A stretch of 57,496 nucleotides of DNA, filler included, from Nemertoderma westbladi (lineage: Eukaryota; Animalia; Xenacoelomorpha), in the NCBI GenBank assembly GCA_032718475.1. It is 3 parts of 3 records of this genome, joined end to end, with 100 filler letters (N's around TTAATTAATTAA, not from the genome) between each part and the next. Parts side by side here need not be neighbours in the genome. Positions count along the whole stretch, not along the records: positions 1 to 17,707 come from JAUCBJ010006332.1; positions 17,808 to 34,448 come from JAUCBJ010003418.1; 1 more part is not named here. One strand, 5' to 3'. The notes below the pieces were generated by a model that worked only from the letters and a program-made list of their open reading frames with translations, was not told the origin of the DNA and ran no database searches. Position 1 is the stretch's first letter. Every line of letters begins with the position of its first letter. Shown here piece by piece: positions 10,696 to 23,200 of the stretch. Both the position numbers and the translations under genes were made by a program.

Positions 10696-11070
10696 TTTAT
10701 TCGAGTGTTTAATATAAAGATGTATGATTTATTTATTGATTAAAAATTAAATAGTGTGCATGTAACATTCGCCCAAGCAGACTCGAATTTGCTTATGTTG
10801 TTAGTAAATGGGAAGGATTTTTTTTCTCTGTATCATAGCAACGATAAGGTAATTATTGAACTCTAGCTGGGCAGAGAGTCGATCGGGAGATCGAGTGTTG
10901 ATCGGGGTGGGTTGTCTGTTGCGAACTGGTCATAACATAATATGACATGATATTAGATGGGGATTATCATTTATTTTTTTTAGTTTTTGTTGTCTTCCCG
11001 GTCTTCTTATAGCCAGCTTGCTGATTATTATTAAACGTTAGGTAATTACTAATCATTATTAACTACCAAC

Positions 11071-11324
11071 CTTCCATTGAGCTCATTGATACTCAAGAGC
11101 TTGCCATCAGCTCCCTCGGACCAGTAGACACGGTTATCGTAGTGAGCTACCCCGATACCCACAGGGCTACTACCTGCGTCCAGGTACGGTAGCTGGCGTC
11201 TGCCAGTCCCGTGTAGGTCGCAGACCTCCAGGGTCCCCCGACCGACGTCTACGAAGTAGAGACGCCCCTTAGCGGAGTCGATACTCAACGATACCGGTTT
11301 GATTAGGTCGTTCCTCACAATAGC
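11071..11324 (-). CDS. LRP4: LRP4-like exon (YWTD repeats)
   Basis: cag|GCT ATT GTG...GGA AG|gttggt; AIVRNDLIKPVSLSIDSAKGRLYFVD...RVYWSE; phase-2 end matches the next exon. Confidence 0.85.
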
Positions 11325-11469
11325 CTGAGTGTAGGGAAGGAATAATTGAATGAGGTACGCGGGATATAACGAGGAGAATGATTTATATTGTCAAACAGAT
11401 GGCGTTCCGTAATAAACTACCCCAACCCCATGAATATTTTAACCGGGAGGGGGAGGGACATTCACTTAC

Positions 11470-11751
11470 CCTTCTCTGTGATCCATCCATCCCAGCTCGA
11501 TGGATCCCCGGTAGGTTTCCCTGGTTGCACCAAAACATCCAACCATTGGTTGGATCTAGATTCAATCCAACTGCATCCGTAAGGTCGCGTGTATCCTCTT
11601 GGTTCCATAGCAACACCGTGTGGAAGTGGGAGGGCCCAGCCAATGGGACAACCTCAATGCGGTGTCTGTCGCTGTTCAACCAATAAAGATTGCGGGAGAG
11701 CCAATCAATTGCCACTGATATCGGTTTCCCATAGCTAGTTTCTATAACAAC
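11470..11751 (-). CDS. LRP4: LRP4-like exon (YWTD repeats)
   Basis: tag|GTT GTT ATA...AGA AGG|gtaagt; 282 nt, phase 0-0; VVIETSYGKPISVAIDWLSRNLYW...GIHRAGMDGSQRR. Confidence 0.88.
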
Positions 11752-11796
11752 CTATAAAATAATAAATAAACAGAAAAATTTATATAGATTTATATA

Positions 11797-12436
11797 CGGG
11801 GTGTTCCATAATGATTGCCCCCCCCCCCCCCCCCTGGCCAGCCAAAACTGCCAGACATGCACCTTAGTGTAATATATCATTCGAAAGAGAATTTAATTCT
11901 GAGCTTGCATGCAAAAGTTTAGGGTCCAATACAAAAGTATAAAAATTTTATAGGCAATTCTTTAAACCTATCTTATTTTTCAATATTTGTGATTTAATCA
12001 CAATTAAAAAATATATATAATTTATCCAGCGTTAGTCATCAGCTTTGCAGGTTGCAGCCCTGTTTAAACAGTTATTACTGCCTGACTTTTTTGCTGTATT
12101 GCATTATATTACAGTATTCAGTTACCGGTATTAGTGTTTCTTTGGTAATTTTACTGAATTAGGCCTACCAGAAGTAATTAAAATGACAAGTTCAGATGAC
12201 TGTGAAGAAAAACGTATGGTTGACAGGATATCAGAGATGTTACTTTTAGAGAGGGTCGTGATTCTGTGGCATAATCAAACTGAACTCAAACCAAAACGGC
12301 CCTTTTAAGGGCCAACATCCTTTGCCACTATCGAGGAGCTCCCCGTGCTGCAAGGGGGAATCATGGCTGTAAAGCTGATGACTAACGCTGGAAGTTTTCG
12401 CCGACCAGGAGGGGGCAATCATTATGGAACACCCGG
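11797..12436. mobile_element. Tc1/mariner-type MITE in an LRP4 intron
   Basis: TIRs CGGGGTGTTCCATAATGATTGCCCCC / GGGGGCAATCATTATGGAACACCCGG flanked by TA on both sides. Confidence 0.85.
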
Positions 12437-12834
12437 TATAACAATAATATTAATTACAGTAGTCAAAGATAATGAAATAGTATGACACCACTGTCAGGGG
12501 ATTAATGGGTTTGGAGTAAATATTACAATTACAGATTTGACAATTCCAGTTATATCACAATGTAATTAATGTAGGGCTAAATTTATTGTAAGTTTTGCAG
12601 CTAGCGTTTAATTCAAATTTGACATGAAATACGTAATTAATTTATCGCTGAAATAATTATCAAAATATTAAATTTCAGGTATAATAGCGCGGAATAAAGA
12701 AACAATTCCTAAGTTTTTTATAATGTTTTTTAATGATTCGCGCCAGGGAAGTGGCATAAAAGCACAGGTAAATGTATAAAACATCTTCCCACCCAGGCTA
12801 CATAATAAACAGTATCTATATACTGTAAACTCAC

Positions 12835-12997
12835 CTGCTGATTAGTTCCATTCCAGTTGGCCCTACTAATCTTCCCGGCCAGAGGGTCAGCCCAGTATAT
12901 CGTTTCTTCCTCAGAGTCCCAAGCTACAGACGACACCGACTCCACGCCATCTAGCGGTATAACAACATCCAAAACGTCTTTAACGTCCAACGAAATC
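12835..12997 (-). CDS. LRP4: LRP4-like gene, first exon visible in window (start of YWTD propeller 2)
   Basis: cag|G ATT TCG TTG GAC...CAG CAG|gtgag; encodes ISLDVKDVLDVVIPLDGVESVSSVAWDSEEETIYWADPLAGKISRANWNGTNQQ, resembling LRP4 RISFDTEDLSDDVIPL...ISRAKWDGTGQE. Confidence 0.85.
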
Positions 12998-13929
12998 CTG
13001 TAAAAACAAATATTTGTAATTTTATGTAAATTAAATTAAATATACAGTACCGGTAGTAGAGCCAGTTAGTAGACTACTTGGTGGCGATACTGAGTTTCCC
13101 AAAGATGCCTTTTAAGATCCTGATAATCTTAGCAATTTAACCATGAGAAAGAAAGGAATAGGCGCGCAAATCGAGATGCCCTAATCCGGCAGTGACACCA
13201 ACGTTGGGTGGTGACCGAGATTCTAATAACAATAAGCAAAATACCTCCACAAATTCACTGTACAGTATTATTATATTAATGATTACTAATAATGATAAGG
13301 AACAGGTTACCATGGGACGTTATTCTAACCAAAACAATAAATGAAAGTCAAAAGGACAGATTTTATTCTTAAATTGTTACTTTTTCGCTCGAATATTCCC
13401 CAAAATCTGTAGAAAAAGAAAAGAAGTACTTTTTCCCGATGGAAAAAAGTTACCCATACCCATAATAAGATTGCATTGATTTTACTTTTTCCCCGGTGAA
13501 TCAAGTAAAATTAAATATTTTTGGTGGCATTTTTTATTACATGTGCTGAAAAGCATCGAAGTACAGAGAAAAGATTTGAAAGTTATTTGAGCAAAATCCA
13601 TTCACAGTCTCAAAAGTTAATGCAACTTTAGTATCTGCAAGCTGTACTCCAAAACGGAACTCATATTCAATAAAGTAATTCAGTAATTATATATTCAGTA
13701 ATTAAGCCACCCCACCCCCCCCCCCCCCCCCCCCTAGTTAATTTTTTTTTGTACAGTACTGCAGTACGACCAGTACAACAGTACCAGTTCGGCTGTCCGG
13801 TACTAGGGCCTACAGTCCTAAAGTCCACCATTCCAGCATTCAGACAGTAGGCCTACACTGCTACAGCAATAAGCTATTGCAGTATTGCATATTGTAGACT
13901 TTCTTTCATTCAAACATAAACAGATAAAT

Positions 13930-14782
13930 GCTGCAATGCGAAAGTGGAGGCGACGCAGAACATGCAGTGGGTGCGGAGGGAAGGAAAGGCCTTATCGGCA
14001 TAATATAACAGTATAAGGACTTGTCCTTCTCAATTCAAAACTGTTGAAAAAGAAAAAGACCCAAATTGGTCTTTCATTAATGCGACATCGAACTCCGCTA
14101 CGGGTACGATAAAGCAGGAATATTGTGAACCTGCGCTAGCGGAACCTGCACTAGATGCACAACACGATACATGTAGGGGTAGGCCTATTACACACAATGT
14201 TAACTTTGATAGCATACAGGTTAAGCAAGAGGATTTCGCTCAAATACCTCAGACAATTCCGAATGTTAAAAGCGAAGAGCTACTGAAAAATGCAGAACCT
14301 CTAGAAACTCTACAGGACAATGAAACAAAACAGTTCCCATTCACTGTTACCGATATCAAGAGTTTGGCAACAGTCAGACAGTGGATGGTGTCCCGAATCC
14401 GAATACAACGTCTTGGTGAAATATCCGTCCCGAGGGGTACCAACTACGCCCCGCCCAGGTGCATCGCACCCAGGCGGTTTCTAAACCGAAAAAGTTTAAA
14501 ATAAAAACGAATCCAAAGCGATGAATACAGAATAATAAGGTGATCCGAATTACCAGCTATCCAGCTATGCATGGTTTCAAAGACAAAGATGCGAAAGGGA
14601 ACGTTTGTATGTCCTGAAACCGGGTGGCAGGGTAGGATTTACGGAATTTGTCAAATATTGTTCGCGGAAGTGGAAAGGGATGGATGAGTGACGTTCAACA
14701 AGTGCCTTATGTGAAAATGTGGGAAATTCAAGTCGTCCAAAACGATAGGGTACTGATACTGAAGTGTAATCGGGGTGTTTAA
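13930..14782 (+). pseudogene. Disrupted intronless gene: zinc-knuckle-like motif + linker + HMG box
   Basis: RRRTCSGCGGKERPYRHN/SIRTCP (frameshift), a long open linker ending in TAA near 14502, then DPNYQLSSYAWFQRQRCERE...VGFTEFVKYCSRKWKG/MSDVQQVPYVKM broken by a 4-bp GATG duplication near 14680. Confidence 0.7.
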
Positions 14783-15949
14783 TAGATAGATGAGAAGCGA
14801 GGAAGTAGGGGGGGGGGGGGGGGGGGGGGGGTGGTAATCAGGCTATCGATCAGGGGGGGGGGGGGTGGTAATCAGGCTATCGATCAGATATTGTTATTGA
14901 TCACTGAACATATAATGTTATTAATCCTGATATTGTTATTGAATTGATCAGGTTGGGCACTAATACCCCAGAAATGTATGTACCGATATATCATATTGTT
15001 ATGCATGCCTGTTATTGTATTTATTTTATTGTATTTAATTGTGTTTTATTTAATTAAGAGGAATAGCAGTCAGCAATGCAACTAACTTCCCTTACTTTAT
15101 TATTAGACCATGATTATTGTTCATATGTTTAGTAAGTAGATACTATATTATGTAAGATATTATTGAATGAAATATATTTATTTTGTGACTATATATCTCC
15201 AACTCCAATGTGGTTGAAAAATGCATTGAAAACGATATACCATCGGAATGAGAATGAACTAAAGTTTATACAAACTAAAAAAAATGTTGGCGCCCCCTAG
15301 AGGCCGGCGTGAGATTTATAAAATTACGCTAAAAAGATTACTCCTCCGTTATTTGACATTTTTATTTTTCGATACCACATTTTTTGGAACCATCATGTTA
15401 AATATTATTAGGCCACTTTTTGTATTTTCATTTATTGTATTTTTGATAATTGGAAATTTTGTCAAAAAAAAATCCAAAATTTTGAAAAAATGAAAAACCC
15501 ATTTTTTTATATTTTTACATTTAAAAAATGGGGATATATTACGAAATAAAGAAAACTGGCTAAAATGTCTTGAAACTTATGAAATTACCTTTTATTTAAG
15601 ATATAACTTTTTACAGAACACAATTAAGGGAACACACTAGAATACACCCCAATAAATTAAAGTTTTAAACAACTGTTACGAAAAGGCGTTGGAGAAGTAT
15701 TTTTCGTGTGAAAAAATGTCATTCAGAGATAATTGCCTACAAATTTCAAACCTTCCCGCGCAAAATAGCCTATATGGAGTCTGGTTGGTCAATAGTGTCT
15801 GACATGAAGGATTCACACCACCGAGCTAAAATGATATTTATGGGGGTTTACCTGTCTCCGGCGATATTTCACAGGTCACAGTGTAATCATTCTTCAACCT
15901 TATAGTGATTTGATGGTACCAATACATAAGTATAATACTTCTTTAATTA

Positions 15950-16827
15950 CACCATTACCCTTAATATACAACAACCATTTTTAGGGGGTCGGAGCCCCCC
16001 CCCCCCCCCTAATTTTTTTCAAATTTCAATAAAATGCTACAAAATTTGGTATGATGATAGATCGACACCTTTTCTTACTGGTGGCCTGGCCGGATTTTTT
16101 AATTTATGAGCTATTTCGATACAACAAGCCGTTAAAAATACTCTATTTCGCAATATTTAGCCATCTCCGTCGGCTTTATTTTTCGTCTTTGGAATGAAAT
16201 CTAGATATCATTAGAACCGCCTTCATCTGGAGATTCCGAATATGAAACCCGTTGTAAATTTCACCAAGAACTTCTGGAGATATTATCAAAATACTAAGGT
16301 GTAAATTTTTGTGACGTAAATCGCTATAATTCTAATGTTTTTTTACTCAATTCTAGAATATTAATTATGGGTAATGAAAAAACAAGATGGAGAGTTTTAA
16401 ACGCTCAGCTAAATAATAATTAATATTCTAGAATAAAGACAACAAAACATCAGAATTATAGCGATTTACATCTCTAAATTTACACATTAGTATTTTGATG
16501 ATATCTTTACCAATCTTTGGTTAAATTTAAAACGGTTTTCAGATTCGGAATCTACAGACGAAGGCGGTGGTTCTAATGATATATAGATTACATTTCAACG
16601 ACGTAAAATAAAGTCTACGGAGGTGGTTAAACATTGCTAAATATACATTTTTTAAGGGATTGTTGTATGGAAATAACTGAGAAATTGAAAAATCCGACAG
16701 GCCAGCAGTAAGAAAAGGTGTCGATCTATCATCATACAAAACTTCGTAGCATTTTATTGAGATTTGAAAAAAATTAGGGGGGTGGGGGGCTGTTGGCAAA
16801 ATGGTTGTTGTATTAAGGGTTATGGCG
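15950..16827. mobile_element. Long palindromic MITE (foldback-like, TA target)
   Basis: About 430-bp imperfect inverted arms; ends TA|CACCATTACCC...GGGTTATGGCG|TA. Confidence 0.85.
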
Positions 16828-16939
16828 TATACTATTATTACGTGGCTATTCATAAATTTTAAGTAATATACCAAATACAAAAATAACCAATCACAGCTAC
16901 AGTACCAACCTAAATTTAATAGAACTAGTGCAAATAACT

Positions 16940-17255
16940 CTATTCCACAGCGCTGATTGAACCCCGAACATAAAGGGCATCCCCCCTCACTATGGCTATC
17001 CCGATGCGCTGCTTCAGCCACAAGCTCTCGCGTGGGTCTCCTGACTCCGCTATGAGTCTTCGGCCAAGATCTTTTAACACGCTGATGGTGGATGGACCTA
17101 ATACTCCTGTGGTCTCGAAGGCCAGGGGTTCGAATTGGTACTGCTGACCCAAATTGCGGTATTGTACACGCTTTAGCTCCTCCGCTGCTGCTGATGCTGA
17201 GGATGGCTCAATGGCAGAGCGAATAATGTGGGATGGGGCAAAGGTATCCACACAT
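16940..17255 (-). mobile_element. 3' fragment of a CRE-type non-LTR retrotransposon (restriction-like endonuclease C-terminus)
   Basis: DTFAPSH...AE..K..QY...FEPLAFETTGVLGP...LGRRL...GD.RE...QRIGIAIVRGDA. Confidence 0.8.
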
Positions 17256-17707
17256 GATGTTCACATGATTATTTCTATAAACTAAATGTTCTAGAATATG
17301 GTATTTTTATTTAATAGAATATAAAATAGCCGCATGCAGATGCAAAACCATGCAACTTTTGAACGCTCATATCTCAGCTATTTTTCACTGAAATTTAGAT
17401 TATTTTACATATTTGGAATCCTTACATGGCCAGCTTTCCATCAGTACCAACAAATGACTATAAGGTTGACGAATAACTGAAGTATGACTGGTGAAATATC
17501 ACCGGAGACACCTTTTTTTAAACGCTTGTAGCTAAAGATTGAAATCAAAAATAAAAATTATGTCTCACCCACGGAGGAGGAGGGAGGTGAAACTATCTCT
17601 ATTTCAAATTTCATGCAATCTCATTAAGATTTGTAGACATTTTTTTTTTTTTGGGGGGGGGGGGTGGGTGGCAGGTAGGCCTACCTGAATAACGACACTA
17701 CTGTATA

Positions 17708-17807
17708 NNNNNNNNNNNNNNNNNNNNNNNNNNNNNNNNNNNNNNNNNNNNTTAATTAATTAANNNNNNNNNNNNNNNNNNNNNNNNNNNNNNNNNNNNN
17801 NNNNNNN
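17708..17807. other. Artificial contig linker
   Basis: 44 N + TTAATTAATTAA (stops in all six frames) + 44 N. Confidence 0.97.
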
Positions 17808-18583
17808 TATTGGTTGAAGAAAATCAGTAAAAATAAAATAGTAAAAATAATAGGAATAGTACTAATAGCCACAGTAAAAGCATAGCTATTACAAACAATG
17901 CTTTAACTTTTCTCAAAAATGCTTATTAAAAAGTTGTTCTAAAAAATGTTTCATTATTTTTGTACAAAAGAAATCGATGTTAATTTAATTTAAACTATTA
18001 TGGGAAAGTTTCAGAGCTGGTTAAAGTCGCAGTATTTTTCTAACCAATACAATAAAATATTATTTATTTAGGCCTAATATGGAACCGATTGGGGCGGAGA
18101 TAATTTTTTTCACTTGCGGTCAATGAGTGCGAACTATCTGCTCAATTGTTGTGTTGCGGTAAACCTTAAAACTCATGTGTTCAGGCGTCAAAAATAGCTT
18201 TCCATGTCAAATTTTGATGTACTTAATTACAATGATATGATTAGCTTAATTTCATCCAGTGCCATTTTCCATTTCAGTGAAGATGTAATAGTAGGTACTG
18301 AACAGGTAAAAGGCCATCTCCAATGTCATCACAAAATTACATTAAAAGCACGTAATATGAATTAATTTTCCGGTTTCCTGCATCTATGACATTAATGTGG
18401 TAAAACCTGACACTGTAATGTCATGGTGGAGAGTTCTGTACCTACTCAGGTGTCGTACTTGACAAGTCAAAACAATTTCTACCGAAAATGGTTCTGTTTA
18501 AGTGCATGAATCGACTTATGAAATTGCAAATGTGTAATTATTGGCGTTGAGCTGTGAATGCAACTGTAATTAATGATAATATA

Positions 18584-18751
18584 ATAGTTTTGTTCAGAAA
18601 TTGAAAAAAACTAGGAAGCACTTCACTAGGGGTTGAACCATCGCTATACGTACGTGTTGGATGAGGCCCGATAGGCCGAGAAGTAAGTATAGCACTGGTT
18701 CAACCCGCAGTGACGTGCTTCCTCATTTTATCAATTTCTAAACAAAACCAT
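18584..18751. repeat. About 170-bp hairpin (MITE-like)
   Basis: Arms GTTTTGTTCAGAAATTGA..AGGAAGCAC..GGGTTGAACCA..GCTATAC and their reverse complement. Confidence 0.75.
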
Positions 18752-20214
18752 ACATAATATTACATTATTAAATTGTACACAGAGAATTCAACTCCACTGC
18801 AGTCATTTAGTGATACTGTACAATGCTCTTTGCGTCAGCATCCATATCCATCGCTTTAAAGCAATTTATTGCTCATTTAATATTACACTTTCATCGCCAC
18901 TGTTTCATGATTGTTGTGCTCTTTATCCAATAAATTATGCATCGACATGGTCGTTTAGTACAATATTGGCGCGCTAAAATTATTTATCTCTTTAACCCTT
19001 TTGTATGCGTAAATAATTGTGGGGTTGGTGTGGCATTCACTGTGATAAACACTTAGATTTCCATTTATTTATTAAGTTCCACATCCATGCACTTCACGTG
19101 ACAACAAACTAAAATAGGAATCGAATTAAATTAGCGTGGCGGCGTGGAATTATAAAGTGTGAGAGTGCACCTTATTTAATTGCTAGGAATCCACACATGA
19201 CTGATCACGAGGATGCGGCGTTGCTTTGTGCGACAGATTAGCTGAGTAGAACAATATTAATGAATACAGTAGTTTGTAACGAACATTGATGCACTGCACA
19301 CCAACCCCATATATAGGCAAAGATAGCATACAGCGCGAACGTGATAGCTCCCACCACATAAAATTTTCTTTAAATTCAGAATGTTTGTTCGGGCATCTAT
19401 TGGGGTACTTTTGTGGGGCGAGCCACGAAATTGGCAAGAGACTTTCTTTCAGACGCCATCAGTTCAAAGCACTAGCGTTAGAGGGCTGAACATTAAATGT
19501 CCACCCATTTATTTGCTTTTAATCCGTTCAAGATGAAACTTGGCGGATTTGTAATAGACACTAGACCATTAGCTGTTGCCAGAGGACAATCGCCCCCCGG
19601 ACAATTGTCACCGGGACTATTGTCCCCTCTGAGAATTGCCCTCCGGACAAGTGGCCTCCGAATTATTACCCACCGGACAATTGCCTCTGACGACAATTTC
19701 AAGCCACTGACACTGCCACCCACCTAACAACCAATTGCCCCGAAGAAAATTGCAAAATAAATAAAGGCCGTTCCTAATTAACAAGTTTGTCAAGTTCCTA
19801 ACTTGTTACGTTACAACATTAAAAACCGTTTCCGTAAAATCCGTTTCATATAATTTAAAAAATCCATGCTTGTCTATTTATGTGCTCAATAATTACGTTT
19901 CATTATAATTATTTATAATATAATAAAAAATTGTTTATTATGTGTTATAATTATTATAATTACTATTAATTAATAATTAATTACCTTTGTAAGATCGCGT
20001 AATTGTAAGATAAACGACTGTTCGAGATGCATATCTCTGTAATGACTGCCGATAATGCTCTGCTTATTGATCCTCCTATATAATACCAGCCAGCATACTA
20101 ATAAAACTTGACGTATGTACACGTACAGGTACCAACAGGTAATTACTGTAATTAATTAATAATTAATATTATTAATAATTATTATATGTTTATTATAAAT
20201 TAAAAATAGTTGAA

Positions 20215-23200
20215 GTCCCAGCGGGGTATCTCAGTCTAATAAGGAATAGTATCATGAGCGCAATCTGGAAAAAAGCCATATAGTTATAGTTCGAACGTTT
20301 CGATTTAATCAATAAACCATTAAACTAAACAACTGGGACAGCCAAGGTTCTCCAGAGCATGAATACTACGTCAGGATGGAGCCATTGTGTTGTCCAACCC
20401 TTAGTATGAAATATTTGAGAAAGTTGCGCCAGAATTTGTATGGAGTCTGTCAGTACACTGGAGTGTGGTGAGAGTTTATACCCTAAGAAAATCAAGTGAT
20501 TGCTGCTCGGTATTAGAGATGCGTTAATGTTGATGAAGCATGGTAGGTGTGCTGAGCCCCGTCTCATCATGATCCATTTTGTTTTGGATAGTTCTAGTTT
20601 CAGGTCGACTTTCAACGCTTCAGCTTTCGTTATGATCTCGATTGCTGCAAAGCTATACAATAGGATTCTATTAAATCGCATCAGGGATCCCATTGAGAGA
20701 CTGCTCCGTGGAAATCAGAATGGGTTCCGCAAAGGTCGTGGAACCATGGAGCCCATTTTGGCACTTAGAAGGATAATTGAAGAATTATCAAAAAAGAAAG
20801 ACAGGCATCTGGCTGTTATCTTTGATGACTTCTTCAAGGCCTTTGATTCAGTCTCTCGCTCACGTATGTTCAGCATACTTTCATTATATGGGATTCCTGA
20901 TGAAATTATTGCAGCAATCAGGTCAGTATACGATGGTTCGACAACATTTGTGTCTACTGTTGACGGTGACACAGAACCATTTGAAGTGTTATGGGGCGTC
21001 CTCCAAGGAGACACACTTGCACCATTCTTGTTCATTATTGTGGTTGACTATGTTCTACGCATGTCCTTAGATCATCATAATGATGATGGGGTGATGATAA
21101 CTCCACCTACTGGCTCCAGAAGTCGAGGAAATCCTGCCAAGTACCTAACTGATCTAGACTTTGCTGATGACTTAGGAGTACTCTCAGAATCATTAGAGGG
21201 AGCCCAACGGCTCCTCAGCTCATTAGAACATGCTGCTTCTAGTGTTGGTCTTTTTATTAACTCCAGAAAGACCAAAATTCTGACAGTTAACTTTTAAAGT
21301 CCTCAGCAAGTCTCTGATCGGATGAGCATAAGCTCAAAGGATGGTATGCTTGAGCATGTGGACGACTTCTGTTACCTGGGATCTTGTATCCGGAAGTCAG
21401 GTGAGGACCTTCGAATACGTAAGGGAAAGGCATGGGCAGCCTTGAATAGGCTTTCCAGGATTTGGAAGTCACCGAGAATTAATCGGAAACTTAAGTTCCG
21501 ATTATTTAGAGCAGCAGTAGTTCCAGTACTCCTCTACGGGAGTCCATGCTGGGCTCTAACTGCTGAGGACACCAAATCTCTGGATGGCACATTCACAAGA
21601 ATGCTACGCCGGGTTCATTGTGTCAAGTACAATGCACACATCTCCAACCAGACACTATATAACATTGGAGGTGTCTCATTGGTTCCCCCAAGCTTGACAC
21701 TAGAACAAAATCGCCTCCGCTTTGCAGGACATTGCTTTCGCCGTGAGGACCAGCCAGTGCATAATCTTGTACTTTGGCAGCCTCATGGAGTGAATAAGCA
21801 TGGTGAACAGCCCATGACTTTCTTGAGACGCATCTTAAAGGACACTGGCCTTAAAGATGCAGATGATCTAGCAAATGTCATGGGTGATAAGGAGTTGTGG
21901 CGGTGCAATTTTGTTGACAAGCCGGCACAGCATTCTTAAAAATGCAGCTGCAATGCAGCATGCCGATCCTAGTAGTAGTAGTAGTTTGGTTATGTCTGCC
22001 ATGTTCTCAATGTCTTTAGGAGAGGTCGCTAGCAGAATGAAGTCATCAGCATATGCGAAAGCCCCCAACCAAATCGAGTCTACCCAGCAGCCAAGCTGCG
22101 AGTTCTTTAGGGCTTTGATCATGTCCATGGTGTACAGGTTAAAGAGGGTCGGAGATAGTAGCGATCCCTGTTTAATTCCTTTGTGTACTGAGATTGGTGT
22201 ACAGTCTATGTTCGAACCGAACTTGAGGAAGAATTTGCTTGAGAGGTAGTAGGACAGTATGGTGCTGACGATATGGGGATTCACGTACTCAAGGAGCTTC
22301 TTAGTCAGTAGTGCGTAGTCAACATCGTCAAACGCCGATTGTATGTCTATTTGGCAGGCGAACACAGGGGAACCGTTAGATAGGTGATACTCGATACACT
22401 CTAGGATTGTGCTGACGACGATGTCCGCGCCAATATTTTTCTTATAGGCAGTCTGGTATTCATGGGGTAGGACTGGATCCAGGAAGTGTACTAGGAGGAT
22501 GTGTTCGAATATTTTTGCAAATATGTTAATCGATGCGATCGGACGATACGAAGTAGGTTTTAGTTTGTCCCTGCCTTTGCCTTTATAATTACTACTGAGG
22601 ACAGATTGGCTAAATATAGAGGGGACTGACTTCAGTTCGAAGCAGTTGTTGATGATGTTGGCTAGAATGTCACAAGTGGACTCTGGTTGTCAAGTGGAGT
22701 AGATGTTCAAATGTGAGGGATGAAGCGTCTGGGGCTTTGCCAGTTAAGAGACTCAGAATAGCTTTCTTCACAGCCAGCGGAGATATTGTGGGAGTTTTCA
22801 TATGTTTACATATGTCTGCAAGCTCTTTCTGAATTTCTTCTATGCCGCTCTTATTCAGATAACCTGAAAATTTGTCATTGTAGTGTTCTCTTAATGTAGC
22901 TTGCATGCTGATCGTTGTATCCTGTCCCTGGTTGCCTTTTATGTTCCTCCAGAAGGACCTTGGCTTCGACTTAAGACAGTGGGTGTGTCTGTTCACCGCA
23001 TTTGTTATGAGATTTCGAGATAGGTAGTTTCGCAACCTACATGTAGCCCGTTTGGATTCTTTAAAAGCTTCTCCAATGGGGTCAGAGTCTTCTTTACCTT
23101 GTTCGCACCATAGAGTGTACAGTTGGCTGGTAGTTGTGGAACGTTTCAGTAACGTGTTGGAGCGTATTCTGATATTCTTTGTTTGGGTGCAGCGTTTGTA

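Noticed and set aside
651-12997. Assignment to LRP5/6 or LRP1/2
   Set aside because: Propeller-start motifs (ISLD..DVVIPL, FLIFARR.DIR, P.TYL.FS, VDKY.G..NAC) follow LRP4 propellers 2-4 as I recall them; a phylogeny would be decisive.
16539-17021. 160-aa ORF and other short ORFs in AT-rich or palindromic regions
   Set aside because: They overlap MITE arms or are antisense to real genes, with no recognisable motifs.
17752-17763. TTAATTAATTAA as a biological motif
   Set aside because: Identical and centred in both 100-bp N gaps; a synthetic six-frame-stop spacer.
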